From Macrostomum hystrix (lineage: Eukaryota; Animalia; Platyhelminthes): a DNA stretch of 64,000 bases. A model generated the notes under the pieces. The model was given only the letters and a program-made list of their open reading frames with translations. It was not told the origin of the DNA and did no database searches. Positions 1 through 11,552 of this stretch are shown one piece after another; the first letter of the stretch is position 1, and the number at the start of each line of letters is the position of its first letter. Location: NCBI GenBank assembly GCA_950097015.1, contig CATNEN010000007.1, forward strand, positions 5,146,001-5,210,000. Direction: 5' to 3'. The position numbers were made by a program, and so were the translations under genes.

Positions 1-539
1 TTCCAGCTTTGTTCATCCAACCAAACATTGTGACACCGACTTGGTCCAGCAAAAACTAGAGGGCATCTGCACCATCTGCATCTGCCAAAATCGTTAGGAA
101 TCGAGAGACAGTCGCTGCCGAGTGTTTGCACCATCCACTTCAGCGATGCGTTGCTCTTCTTGTTCATCGCGGTCAGCCGCAGCAGCCTGGCTTTAGTTTT
201 CCTTGCCTAGTCGCGGCCTAGTGTGTCCACGATAATTTTCATCCACGAGTCGTCTTGATACAATGCTGCATATTCAGCTGGAGTGTCATTCTTTGAGTTC
301 CTGCAGCTCAGGCAGTCAGGTCCGAAAGACTTAATCAGCTGACTCAGGCACTGAGCACTGACCGGCTTGCTCGTCACGTGATGTGCCACGGACTGGCGCC
401 GCTCGGTTCCGACAAACCAGTACTCCTGTTTGTAGCCGCCAACCGTCAGCTCGATGTTGCCGTCCAGTTGACGGAGCAGTCGCAGCAGTTGCTTGCTGTC
501 AGCGGCCTCCAGTGCTGCCCTCAGCTGCTGATTGTCCAT
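1..539 (-). pseudogene. Ankyrin-repeat-like gene, apparently disabled; continues beyond the window start
   Basis: ORF 539-207 has repeated ankyrin-like units (LSQLIKSFGPDCLSCRNSKNDTPAEYAA; WMKIIVDTLGRD). After the TAG at 209-207 the same frame continues with another unit (LKWMVQTLGSDCLSIPNDFG), then appears to frameshift and hits more stops. Confidence 0.5.
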
Positions 540-1029
540 GGCGAGATGATCTTAGTGTACTTTCGAAGTGGAAACCTGGCTTTATAAAGGCTTTATGTGA
601 CAGTTCTGGTAGGGACTGCAGAGAGCAGGGCATTGGTTACCGGTCTCTCGTGTCTCCCTCCTTATTGGTGGAGCAATATTGCACATTGCCGTTTAAATAG
701 GCGTGTGTAAAGAAATGGCTTGAAACAGTATATTTAGTTGTTGCTTGAGAACAACCTGCATTATGAATATCTGTTTGTCAACTTCGATTAACTTTTCTCT
801 CAGCATACTACTTTAAATAGCCAGTTTTTCAGTTTTTTTCAGATAGGAGATATGCACTAAAGTACTAAACGTACGTACGTAATATTTAGTACTAAACTCT
901 CTTAATACGCTCGCATATTAATGTCGGGCTAGAATTTTAACCTCAATAATTTTATTCAATTTAATATTTCACTTCAATGCGCTCTGCTTGAATCTCAACC
1001 AGGGTCGATCAATTCTTAATCGACGCTCA

Positions 1030-1558
1030 TCGAATCAAATCTCATTCCAACTCCATCAAATCTCATTCCAACTCCATCAAATCTCATTCCATCTCCATCG
1101 AATATCATTCCATCTACATCGAATCTCATTCCATCTACATCGAATCTCATTCCATCTACATCGAATCTCATTCCATCTACATCGAATCTCATTCCATCTC
1201 CATCGAATCTCATTCGATCTTCATCGAATCTCATTCCATCTACATCGAATCTCATTCAATCTCCATCGAATCTCATTCCATCTACATCGAATCTCATTCC
1301 ATCACCATCGAATCTCATTCCATCACCATCGAATCTCATTCCATCACAATCGAATCTCATTCGATCTATATCGAATCTCATTCAATCTCCATCGAATCTC
1401 ATTCAATCTCCATCGAATCTCATTCCATCTACTTCGAATCTCATTCGATCTATATCGAATCTCATTCAATCTCCATCGAATCTCATTCAATCTCCATCGA
1501 ATCTCATTCCATCTACTTCGAATCTCATTCCATCTCCATCAAATCTCATTCCATCTCT
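1030..1558. repeat. 21-bp minisatellite (CATCGAATCTCATTCCATCTA), about 25 copies
   Basis: Tandem units visible; explains the spurious HRISFHL ORF. Confidence 0.95.
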
Positions 1559-1561
1559 CAT

Positions 1562-1652
1562 GCCATTTACTCAGGGACACACTCAACTGAACCTCCGCCA
1601 TTTACTCAGGGACACACTCAACTGAACCTCCGCCATTTACTCAGGGACACAC
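1562..1652. repeat. 35-bp tandem repeat (GCCATTTACTCAGGGACACACTCAACTGAACCTCC), about 2.5 copies
   Basis: Direct repeats abutting the 21-bp array. Confidence 0.9.
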
Positions 1653-2267
1653 ACGCACACACTAATTATTCCCAAGCTCTTAGACTTTTTATCGATTGAT
1701 TCAGTTCTGCTATCGTCTTCTTCTTGGCCTCTGAAAGAAACTAAATTTCTATCTGTTTTCTCAAAGTCTTATTTGATAATGCTCGAGGAAGCTTTAATTA
1801 GGAAATTTCCATCGGTTTCTAATTTGTTATATTTTTCACTTACCCTGCGACACTTTCCATTTCTGCATTGCCTGATCCCAGGGGGATTGAAGTTAATCCG
1901 CTTCTCCCATCTCGGTGATCCCAGGTATCTATTCAGGCCCTGGCCATCTGAGCATGCGATTATAGGCAGCTGTAGTACTCAAAGCTGCTCAACACGCAGA
2001 ATTTTTATTGGCCTTTTGTGAGCTCATGGCGTCTCACACCAGTTGCTGAGTATCATACGCTCGTATGAGCCGTCAAAATGTCTTCAAATAACTTTATTTA
2101 ATCAGAAATTGACAAAACAAAGTTTTCTCATTTAAATACTCGTATTTTATCTGCCGATATCAATTAATGAAGCCATTTTAGCATTCGTTTTATTGGTTAA
2201 TCAATCTCAGAAGCTACTAAAGACTGGAGAGCTTTGAGCACACTGCTCAGTGCTTCTTCTGCTAAAG

Positions 2268-2540
2268 GAGGTTGTAGCCTTGTGGCTAGACTTAAAGGTC
2301 GGAGGTTCGAGTCCCGACTCCGCTGAAACAATTTTTTTTCTTTAGCAAGACACTAAACTCTGCATTGCTTCAGTTCACCCAGCTGTTAAATGGGTACCAG
2401 CATCAGCTGGGGTAATTGAGGGTGGGTGTGATGTCCCCCCAGTCCATGGACTGAACACCCTTACGCAGCCTTCAGATGCGCCGCGCAATAGCTGCGGCTG
2501 AGCTGTCGGCTGCACATCTGGCCCAATCGGGTCAGATGTA
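2268..2540 (+). mobile_element. tRNA-headed SINE family A with CORE-like central domain
   Basis: A-box-like TAGCCTTGTGG, B-box GGTTCGAGTCC, CORE-like GCAAGACACTAAACTC...CAGTTCACCCAGCTGTTAAATGGG; aligns over its full length with the copy at 23079-23370 (-). Confidence 0.85.
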
Positions 2541-2579
2541 GTCAATTACTATTAGTTTCATTATTGTTATTATGAGTAC

Positions 2580-2665
2580 TTCGTAGTCTGACCGAGAGGT
2601 TCGTCGGATCAATTTGTGTCCTTAAGCAAGACCCTCAGTTGCATAGTGCTCCAGTCCATGGACTG
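2580..2665 (+). mobile_element. Degenerate, internally deleted SINE A fragment
   Basis: Retains TGTGTCCTTAAGCAAGAC and CAGTCCATGGACTG. Confidence 0.55.
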
Positions 2666-3318
2666 TACAATTGTTCAAAACACAAGTTTAAGTTTAGGTT
2701 TCAATATAGTTCGTATCTAGAAAGTTATGGTATTTAGTAGCCCCTGATCATTTCAATTACCAATTAACTAATCAATCAGTTAATCGATCAACCAGGCAAT
2801 ATCTATTTAGTAATTCTATCTGTCAATCAATCTTCTGATGGACTGATTGAAAAATTGACCGAACAGTCGATGGACTGGACTAAAAACAAGCAGATTGTAG
2901 TAAAAAATACAATGACAAGTCCGCAGATCAATCGAATCTTTCGCCTTCCATTCTGCGCAGCATCTCCTGCAGCTGCTGTGAGCTGCCGCCGCCGACGTCG
3001 TCCGGGCCTGCATCGACGTCCAGCTCGTGTTTGTTGAAGGCAGCCACCGCCGCCGCCGCCGCCGACTGGCTGAAGGGACTGCCGCAGTGGCGGGCCCGCA
3101 GTGGCTTGCCAACATTGTTGCGGCCTCCTTAAAAGGGAGGAGAGGCGGGTCAGGTGAAGCGACTCTGAGTTGACTCAGTTGCCATGGAGTTTCTAGGGCC
3201 GTGACTGAGCCACGATATGAGCTCAAATGATCGATTTAGTGACCATTCATTAAATAATCGACTCAGGTAGGTTAAGACAGTTTTTTTCAATGACCTTATC
3301 AGGCTAATTACCCATTTT

Positions 3319-3628
3319 AAATGACCAACAGTTTAATGACCACTGTCTCAATGACCATCAGTTTAATGACCATTGTCTCAATGACCATCAGTTTAATGAC
3401 CATTGTCTCAATGACCATCAGTTTAATGACCATTGTCTCAATGACCATCAGTTTAATGACCATTGTCTCAATGACCATTGTCTCAATGACCATCAGTTTA
3501 ATGACCATTGTCTCAATGACCATCAGTTTAATGACCACTGTCTCAATGACCATCAGTTTAATGACCATTGTCTCAATGACCATCAGTTTAATGACCACTG
3601 TCTCAATGACCATCAGTTTAATGACCAT
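3319..3628. repeat. 30-bp (15+15) minisatellite ATGACCATCAGTTTAATGACCATTGTCTCA, about 10 copies
   Basis: Near-perfect tandem units. Confidence 0.95.
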
Positions 3629-4159
3629 ACTACTTTAATGAGTTCTACGGAGATGACCAGGACAATACACTGAGCGCGATAGTCACAGAAGTGCTAATCC
3701 AATATAAGATTGCACTTTTTTGGTTTGCAATAAATTCCTCAATAGCTTAAAGCATACATTTATAAAGCCAAAAAATTGAATAAAATGTTATTTGTAAACG
3801 TCTGAAAACAGAAATTAAAAACATATTAAAAAATATAGATTTCCTTCTCTATTTTAATTTTTCATTTTTTACTGCTTTTTGAGAACTCCAATTTCAGTGA
3901 TTGCTTTTAGGAGGGAAATTAATTTTAGTCTTTTCTCACGCGCCGAGGTAGAAAGTTATTGTATTTTTTTAATTAACTGTCATAGCTGCAATAACTTAAA
4001 ACAAATTCAACGTTTCATTGTATTTCACCATTGTGGTAGAACCACGAAGAAACTTTCTCTGCCTATTATTAGTTTATTAAATTTGAAATCAATCTTTGAG
4101 TGACACACCAAGGCTGTTCAGCAACTCGACTGAGTAGCCACTCATACACAGTAACTGTC

Positions 4160-7100
4160 CTATTTCTCACCTGCGCATCCCAGCAGTCGTTTAAATTCGC
4201 GCCGAAATTTAATCGACATGGCACTGTAGATGACGGGATTGATGGCCGAGTTGACGAAGATCAGCAGGCGGCTGACCGCGACGAACCACTCGGAGGAGAG
4301 GCGGCGACCTTCGGCGGCGAAGCTGTTGTAGGCCACCATGAGGCGATAGGGCAGCCACAGCATGGCGAACATCGTCACCACCACGAACAGCATCTTCACC
4401 ACCTGGGGTGGACGATTTGGGCTTCGGATAATTCTTTACCTCAACTTTCACACAGAAATATTGAACTTCCAGTCCCTCCTACCCTACCCCAGTCCCCCAA
4501 CTCTCACCCAGTCACTCCTAACCTACCCCAGTCCCCCAACACTCACCCAGTCCCTCAACTCTCACCCAGTCCCCCAACTCTCACCCAGTCCCTCCTACCC
4601 TCACCCAATCCTTCCTACCCTCACCCAGTCCCTCCTGCCTTCACCCAGTCCCTCCTGCCTTCACCCAGTCCCTCCTACCCTCACCCAGTCCCTCCTACCC
4701 TCACCCAGTCCCTCCTGCCTTCATCCAGTCCCTCCTACCCTCACCAAGTCATTCCTACCCTCACCCAGTCATTCCTACCCTCACTCAGTCACTACTGCCC
4801 TCACCCAGTCCCTTCTACCTCACCCAGTCATTCCTACCCTCACCCAGTCCCTCCTGCCCTCACCCAGTCCCTCCTACCCTCACCCAGTCCCTTCTACCTC
4901 ACCCAGTCATTCCTACCCTCACCCAGTCCCTTCTACCTCACCCAGTCATTCCTACCCTCACCCAGTCACTTCTGCCCTCACCCAGTCACTACTGCCCTCA
5001 CCCAGTCACTACTGCCCTCACCCAGTCCCTTCTACCTCACCCAGTCATTCCTACCCTCACCCAGTCCCTGAAACCCTCACCCAGTCCCTGAAACCCTCAC
5101 CCAGTCTACATAACCCCGTTACCGAGCCGTTTGAGTGCAGGGGTCTAACCTTCATCCTTCTAATCAGGGACCCCAGTAGGTGAAGCATTTTAAAAGTAAA
5201 TTTTGACCGGCAGCAAACGCTGAGGGCTCCAGCTCCAGAAATTTACCCATCCTCCGCGGGAGTCAACACGGCGGTCTGTTTTCCCCTCCTCCCTACCGTA
5301 CTTTAGTGGGCCGGTCACTCTCTAGGGCGACTCGGCAAACTCAGGCGGACCGCCGGGTTTGTGAGAAACGCAACCCGCTTGAGTAAATTTTAAATTTCTC
5401 ACCGCCCAGTCAAGCCTAGCGATGGCGCACTACTCAAGTCAGTAACAAGCAGATCAATAATGCAACAATATTTCTTGGCGGGAACAGATGAAAAATAGCA
5501 CCTCCCGTGGGCGTCATTGTGAAAAATCGGCTCCGAATTTCTCAGACCAATTTCCGCCGCCCTAATTGACCTGTCAAAATTTCTCCTTTGAAGCTGTTTC
5601 TCACCAGGCTGAGATTGAAACCACTAATTTCTTTGTCCTGGCCACTAATCTTCTGTTGCCTGTTTTACTCGTAGTTCAGCGGCAATTATCGAATTTTAAC
5701 AGCTATGACCTTCATTCATCTTCACAACTCCCGGCGTTTATAAGATTCTCGCGAATGTTTCCTTCAGCCACTATCTTCATTGGTCATTTTTTCAAACTAA
5801 CCTCACTCAGTCTTTCTTACTATCACCCAGTCCCTCCTAAACTCACCCAGTCCCTCCTGCCCTCACCCAGTCCCTACTACCCTCACCCAGTCCCATATAC
5901 CCTCACCCAGTCCCTCCTAGCCTCACCCAGTCCCTCCTACCCTCACCCAGTCCCTCCTACCCTCACCCAGTCCCTCCTACCCTCACCCAGTCTTATATAA
6001 CCTCAACCAGTCCCATATACCCTCACCCAGTCCCTACTACCCTCACCCAGTCTTATATAACCTCAACCAGTCCCATATACCCTCACCCAGTCCCTACTAC
6101 CCTCACCCAGTCCCTACTACCCTCAACCAGTCTCTACTACCCTCACCCAGTCCCTCCTACCCTCACCCAGTCCCTACTACCCTCACCCAGTCCATCCTAC
6201 CCTCACCCAGTCCCATATACCCTCACCCAGTCCCATATACCCTCACCCAGTCCCCCCTACCCTCACCCAGTCCCTACTACCCTCACCCAGTCCATCCTAC
6301 CCTCACCCAGTCCCATATACCCTCACCCAGTCCCATATACCCTCACCCAGTCCCATATACCCTCACCCAGTCCCCCCTACCCTCACCCAGTCCCTTATAC
6401 CCTCACCCAGTCCCATATACCCTCACCCAGTCCCTCCTAGCCTCACCCAGTCCCTCCTACCCTCACCCAGTCCCTCCTACCCTCACCCAGTCCCTCCTAC
6501 CCTCACCCAGTCTTATATAACCTCAACCAGTCCCATATACCCTCACCCAGTCCCTACTACCCTCACCCAGTCTTATATAACCTCAACCAGTCCCATATAC
6601 CCTCACCCAGTCCCTACTACCCTCACCCAGTCCCTACTACCCTCAACCAGTCCCTACTACCCTCACCCAGTCCCTCCTACCCTCACCCAGTCCCTACTAC
6701 CCTCAACCAGTCCCTACTACCCTCACCCAGTCCCTACTACCCTCAACCAGTCCCTACTACCCTCACCCAGTCCCTACTACCCTCACCCAGTCCCTACTAC
6801 CCTCAACCAGTCCCTACTACCCTCACCCAGTCCCCCCTACCCTCACCCAGTCCATCACTAACCTGGATTCGATTTTGCAGAGCTCTCGCACCGTTTGACG
6901 TCCTCAGCGGCTCGCTGACCCGGGCGCAGCTGCTTCCGCCGCCGTCGCTGCTGTTGCCAGAGTTGCTGCTCCTAGAGGCAGCCGAGCGAAACAGCGCCCT
7001 GGCGATGGCCGTGTACACACCGGACAGCAGCAGCAACGGGGCGGCGTAGAACAGGCTGAGATCTGCCAGGTACAGCGCCATGTAGATAGGGTCGGAGCGT

Positions 7101-7681
7101 GCGAGCTTGTGCTGGCAGCTGGGCACCTCCAGGCTGCCGTTGCCAGGCCTGGTCGGTTTCACGGTGGCCAGGTAGAGCCAGGGCGCATTGTAGGCCAAGC
7201 CGAAGATCCAGATGCCGACAATGATGCGGAGGGCGCGTTTTACGGTGCAGGCCGTTTGGGCGATGATCGGGTGACAGATGGCGACCCAGCGCTCCAATGA
7301 GAAGGCGGTGATGGAGAAGGCGGAGGTGTTGACGCCCACGTAGGTCAGGTAGACTGACAGCTTGCAGCCAGCCAGGCCGCATAGCAACCAGCGATCGCGT
7401 ATGATGTTTAGCTCGGTCACCATGGTAACTGCCCCAACAACAAGCACAAGCAGGTCGGATAGGGACAGAGACACAAGGTAGCAGTTGGTGGTAGTGATCA
7501 TGCGGCCCCTGGATGACAGCACAACCAGCATGACCAACACGTTGCCCACGAGTCCAATGCAGAGTATGAGCATGGAGAGTGCCGTGCCGATGACCCTTAT
7601 CGGTGTCTCGTAGTACAAAAGCTGCAGCTGCTGCTGCTGCTGCTGCTGCATCTCATTGCTCAGTAGCTCATCTGAGTTCAT
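4160..7681 (-). CDS. TRHR: Class A neuropeptide GPCR, thyrotropin-releasing hormone receptor-like; exons 7681-6863 and 4402-4160 (about 353 aa)
   Basis: Seven TMs with GN (TM1), TNCYLVSLSLSD (TM2), SITAFSLERWVAICHP (TM3) and VNSAINPVIY (TM7). Donor CAG|GTTAGT and acceptor CCCCAG|GTG join NRIQ-VVKMLFVVV in phase, matching the TRHR ICL3/TM6 pattern. Confidence 0.85.
4470..5106. repeat. 20-bp minisatellite CCTCACCCAGTCCCTCCTAC, block 1 (GPCR intron, near the acceptor)
   Basis: Tandem units visible. Confidence 0.95.
5800..6853. repeat. 20-bp minisatellite CCTCACCCAGTCCC(T/A)..AC, block 2 (abuts the GPCR donor)
   Basis: About 52 units; the TCTTATATAA variant pair recurs 520 bp apart. Confidence 0.95.
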
Positions 7682-7753
7682 ACTTTTTTTAAGTGAAGTT
7701 CGAGTGAGAATGAAATCAGTTGGGCTTGGCTGACGGGTCCCGTGCCGGCGCCC

Positions 7754-7799
7754 GGGCTTATAAGCCCCTGCTGAGGGCTGTTCAGTCCCAGCCAATCAG
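7754..7799 (-). promoter_or_regulatory. Candidate core promoter of the GPCR: TATA-like element in palindrome GGGCTTATAAGCCC plus CCAAT box
   Basis: TATAA about 80 bp upstream of ATG 7681; GCCAATCAG about 30 bp further upstream. Confidence 0.4.
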
Positions 7800-8319
7800 G
7801 GCTGTTCTGCCCTTCCTTCTCATTCTTAATCTCCCCTTCTGAGTACCTCCTGTATCACTGACTTTGGGGACACTTGTGGAAGTAACGTGCGCCGCCTGAA
7901 CTGAATGCGCCCAGCAATTCTGTTGATGCAAAAATGATTTGCTCCCTTTAAAGCAAACTGGATAATTGATCTACGCTCGTACGTTAGCACATTGCGAGCT
8001 AATTTTGTTCCTTGCGACCGTTTATTTGTTCTTAAACGTTGAAAATGTACTAGTAAATAAAATAACAGCAAGACTGTAAAAAAGGTCGCAGATGCCATGT
8101 AGATACAAGCCTAATTGCCAATAAACCTTATTGACAAAGCTGCAGGTGGGTATATATAGATCGGCAAGCCCTTTTCGCTAGCACATGGCGACCACCGAGT
8201 TGCGGTGTCGCGCAGGGGAATCCGGTGATGCCGGCGTCAGCGCGTTTCTCCTCCGAAGAGTCCAGGAGGTGGAGGGAGAGTTACTCCTCCAGTAGCTCTT
8301 ATGTAGATTCGAGCACAGT

Positions 8320-9165
8320 CTTTCCTACCCTCACCAAGTCCCTCCTACCCTCACCCAGTCCCTCCTACCCTCACCCAGTCCCTCCTGCCCTCACCCAGTC
8401 ACTACTGCCCTCACCCAGTCCCTCCTACCCTCACCCAGTCCCTCCTACCCTCACCCAGTCCCTCCTACCCTCACCCAGTCACTCCTGCCCTCACCCAGTC
8501 CCTCCAGCCTTCACCCAGTCACCCCTGCCCTCACCCAGTCCCTCCAGCCTTCACCCAGTCACTCCTGCCCTCACCCTGTCCCTCCAGCCTTCACCCAGTC
8601 CCTCCTGCCCTCACCCAGTCACTACTGCCCTCACCCAGTCACTCCTACCCTCACCCTGTCCCTCCAGCCTTCACCCAGTCACTCCTGCCCTCACCCTGTC
8701 CCTCCAGCCTTCACCCAGTCCCTCCTGCCCTCACCCAGTCACCCTTTACCCTCACCCAGTCACGACTACACTTAACCAGTCACTCCTACCCTCACCCAGT
8801 CTCTTTTACACTCACCCAGTCACTCATACCCTCAACAAGTCACTCCTGCCCTCACCCAGTCACTCATGCCCTCACCCAGTCACTCATTCCCTCACCCAGT
8901 CACTCATTCCCTCACCCAGTCACTCATTCCCTCACCCAGTCACTCATACCCTCACCCAGTCACTCCTGCCCTCACCCAGTCACTCATGCCCTCACCCAGT
9001 CACTACTGCCCTCACCCAGTCCCTCCTACCCTCACCCAGTCCCTCCTACCCTCACCCAGTCACTCATACCCTCACCCAGTCCCTCCAGCCATCACCCTGT
9101 CCCTTCTGCTATCACCTCGTCTTTCGTACCCTCACACCCTCACCCAGTGCCCCCTACTTTCACCC
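8320..9165. repeat. 20-bp CCTCACCCAGTC minisatellite, block 3
   Basis: Same family and orientation as blocks 1-2. Confidence 0.95.
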
Positions 9166-10227
9166 ATCCTGTCAGTCTTTAAAGCAGTTGCATATATAGA
9201 GCGTACTAGAATTAAAACGGAGATCAACAACAGAGCACGGTTAAAATAGGAAATTTATAGCAGTTGAAGCACTATAATCCATCTGTTGTCCTCACCGATT
9301 TAGATGGCTAATCACAGCTAAATTGCCGCTCGCAATTACCATCTCTTTGAGCACACCTGACTTCAAAGAAAATTTCATTTGGGCTAAACTGGAGGCTAGG
9401 AAATCATTTTTACTGGAAAACTGAAGAAGCCAGTAAAATAACTGTGCCAATTTGCACCAACCACCGCCAACTCGGAGGCGCTTGCCCCCAGGATTATTTC
9501 GTTTCGGCAGGTGCGGACGGTGCTGCCCAGACAGAAGAAGATAAAAAGAAGATAAAAGAAAGCCGATTGCATAATTGAGCCCGGCTACTTTATTGCTTTC
9601 GAATAAAATCCAGCAGAATTTCCCAATTTTAAGAGGCCGTTTGAGTCCGTCCATCCCTTGCCGTTAACTGGGCGCTTCCTGATTGCCAGACTGAAGTTAT
9701 CCCCACTTGCGCAGATCGCCAAACTGAAAGCTGTTAAGAATTCAGCGGATCGGTACTCGCGGTCCGCTGAATTTGATGAGTCATGGCGACCTGCTTCTTC
9801 TGTCGAATGACATTCTTTACCGCCACAGGAAACAACTAACCGGCTTTATCGGAACATCTAATGACAGCTGATATTGTGCTTCTAACAACATGCAATTTTC
9901 TTGTCTATAATTTGCTTTTATCTCTCGCATTAACCAGGTGGATTTTCTTCTGTTTTCTGAAACTTAGAAATTTCACAAAAATATCCTTAGCAGCGAATTT
10001 TGAGTATCGATCAGACTCAAAATATCGATGAGAGTTTTGCAGCTCAGGTCGGACCAATTATTGAGAGTAATCTAGTCTGGCAGTTTCCTATTTAAGAATG
10101 TTTGTTTTGCTAATATATTGTGAGCTATTTGCGATCACAACTACTCAACCGCTTACATTCATACCAGGAATAAAAGATACACTCATTTGACATCAAAAGC
10201 TGCGTTCTACTAGGCGTTCTAAAACTT

Positions 10228-11552
10228 CCTACCACCCACCACGCACCCTCACCCAGTACCTCCAACCCACACGCAGTCCCTCCTACCCTCACCCAGTGTC
10301 TCCTACCCTCACCCAGTGCCTCCTACCCTCACCCAGTGCCTCCTACCCTCACCCAGTGCCTCCTACCCTCGCCCAGTGCCTCCTACTCTCACCCAGTCCC
10401 TCCTACCCTCACCAAGTCCCACCCACCCTCACCCAGTCCCTCCTACCCTCACCAAGTCCAACCCACCCTCATACACTGCCTCCAACCCTCACCAAGTCAC
10501 TCCAACCCTCACCAAACATTTCACCCAGTCCCTCCAATCCTCAACAAGTCCCACCCACCCTCACCCAGTGCCTCCAACCCTCACCCAGTCACTCCAACCC
10601 TCAGCCAGTCCCTCCAACCCTCACTCAGTTCCTCCTACCCTCACCCACCACCCACCCTCACCCAGTCCCTCCTGCCTTCACCCAGTCCCTCCTACCCTCA
10701 CCCAGTCCCTCCTGCCCTCACCCAGTCCCTCCTACCCTCACCCAGTCCCTCCTGCCTTCACCCAGTCCCTCCTGCCTTCACCCAGTGTCTCCTACCCTCA
10801 CCCAGTGCCTCCTACCCTCACCCAGTCCCTCCTACCCTCGCCCAGTGCCTCCTACTCTCACCCAGTCCCTCCTACCCTCACCAAGTCCCACCCACCCTCA
10901 CCCAGTCCCTCCTACCCTCACCAAGTCCAACCCACCCTCACACACTGCCTCCAACCCTCACCAAGTCACTCCAACCCTCACCAAACATTTCACCCAGTCC
11001 CTCCAATCCTCAACAAGTCCCACCCACCCTCACCCAGTGCCTCCAACCCTCACCCAGTCACTCCAACCCTCAGTCAGTCCCTCCAACCCTCACTCAGTTC
11101 CTCCTACCCTCACCCACCACCCACCCTCACCCAGTCCCTCCTACCCTCACCCACCACCCACCCTCACCCAGTCCCTCCTGCCTTCACCCAGTCCCTCCTA
11201 CCCTCACCCAGTCCCTCCTGCCCTCACCCAGTCCCTCCTACCCTCACCCAGTCCCTCCTGCCTTCACCCAGTCCCTCCTGCCTTCACCCAGTCCCTCCTA
11301 CCCTCACCCAGTCCCTCCTGCCCTCACCCAGTCCCTCCTACCCTCACCCAGTCCCTCCTGCCTTCACCCAGTCCCTCCTGCCTTCACCCAGTTCCTCCTG
11401 CCTTCACCCAGTCCCTCCTGCCTTCACCCAGTTCCTCCTACCCTCACCCACCACCCACCCTCACCCAGTCCCTCCTACCCTGACCCTCTCCCTCACACCC
11501 TCACCCAGTCCCTCCAACCCTCACCCAGTCCCTCCAACCCTCACCCAGTCTT
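10228..11552. repeat. 20-bp CCTCACCCAGTC minisatellite, block 4, with an internal duplication of about 469 bp
   Basis: Marker ACCAAACATTTC occurs at about 10511 and 10980. Confidence 0.95.

Noticed and set aside
8380-8700. GGGCAGGAGG (human minisatellite core) and TGAGGG telomere-variant motifs in the 20-bp family
   Set aside because: Short G-rich matches are expected in such a repeat; there is no evidence of a shared mechanism.
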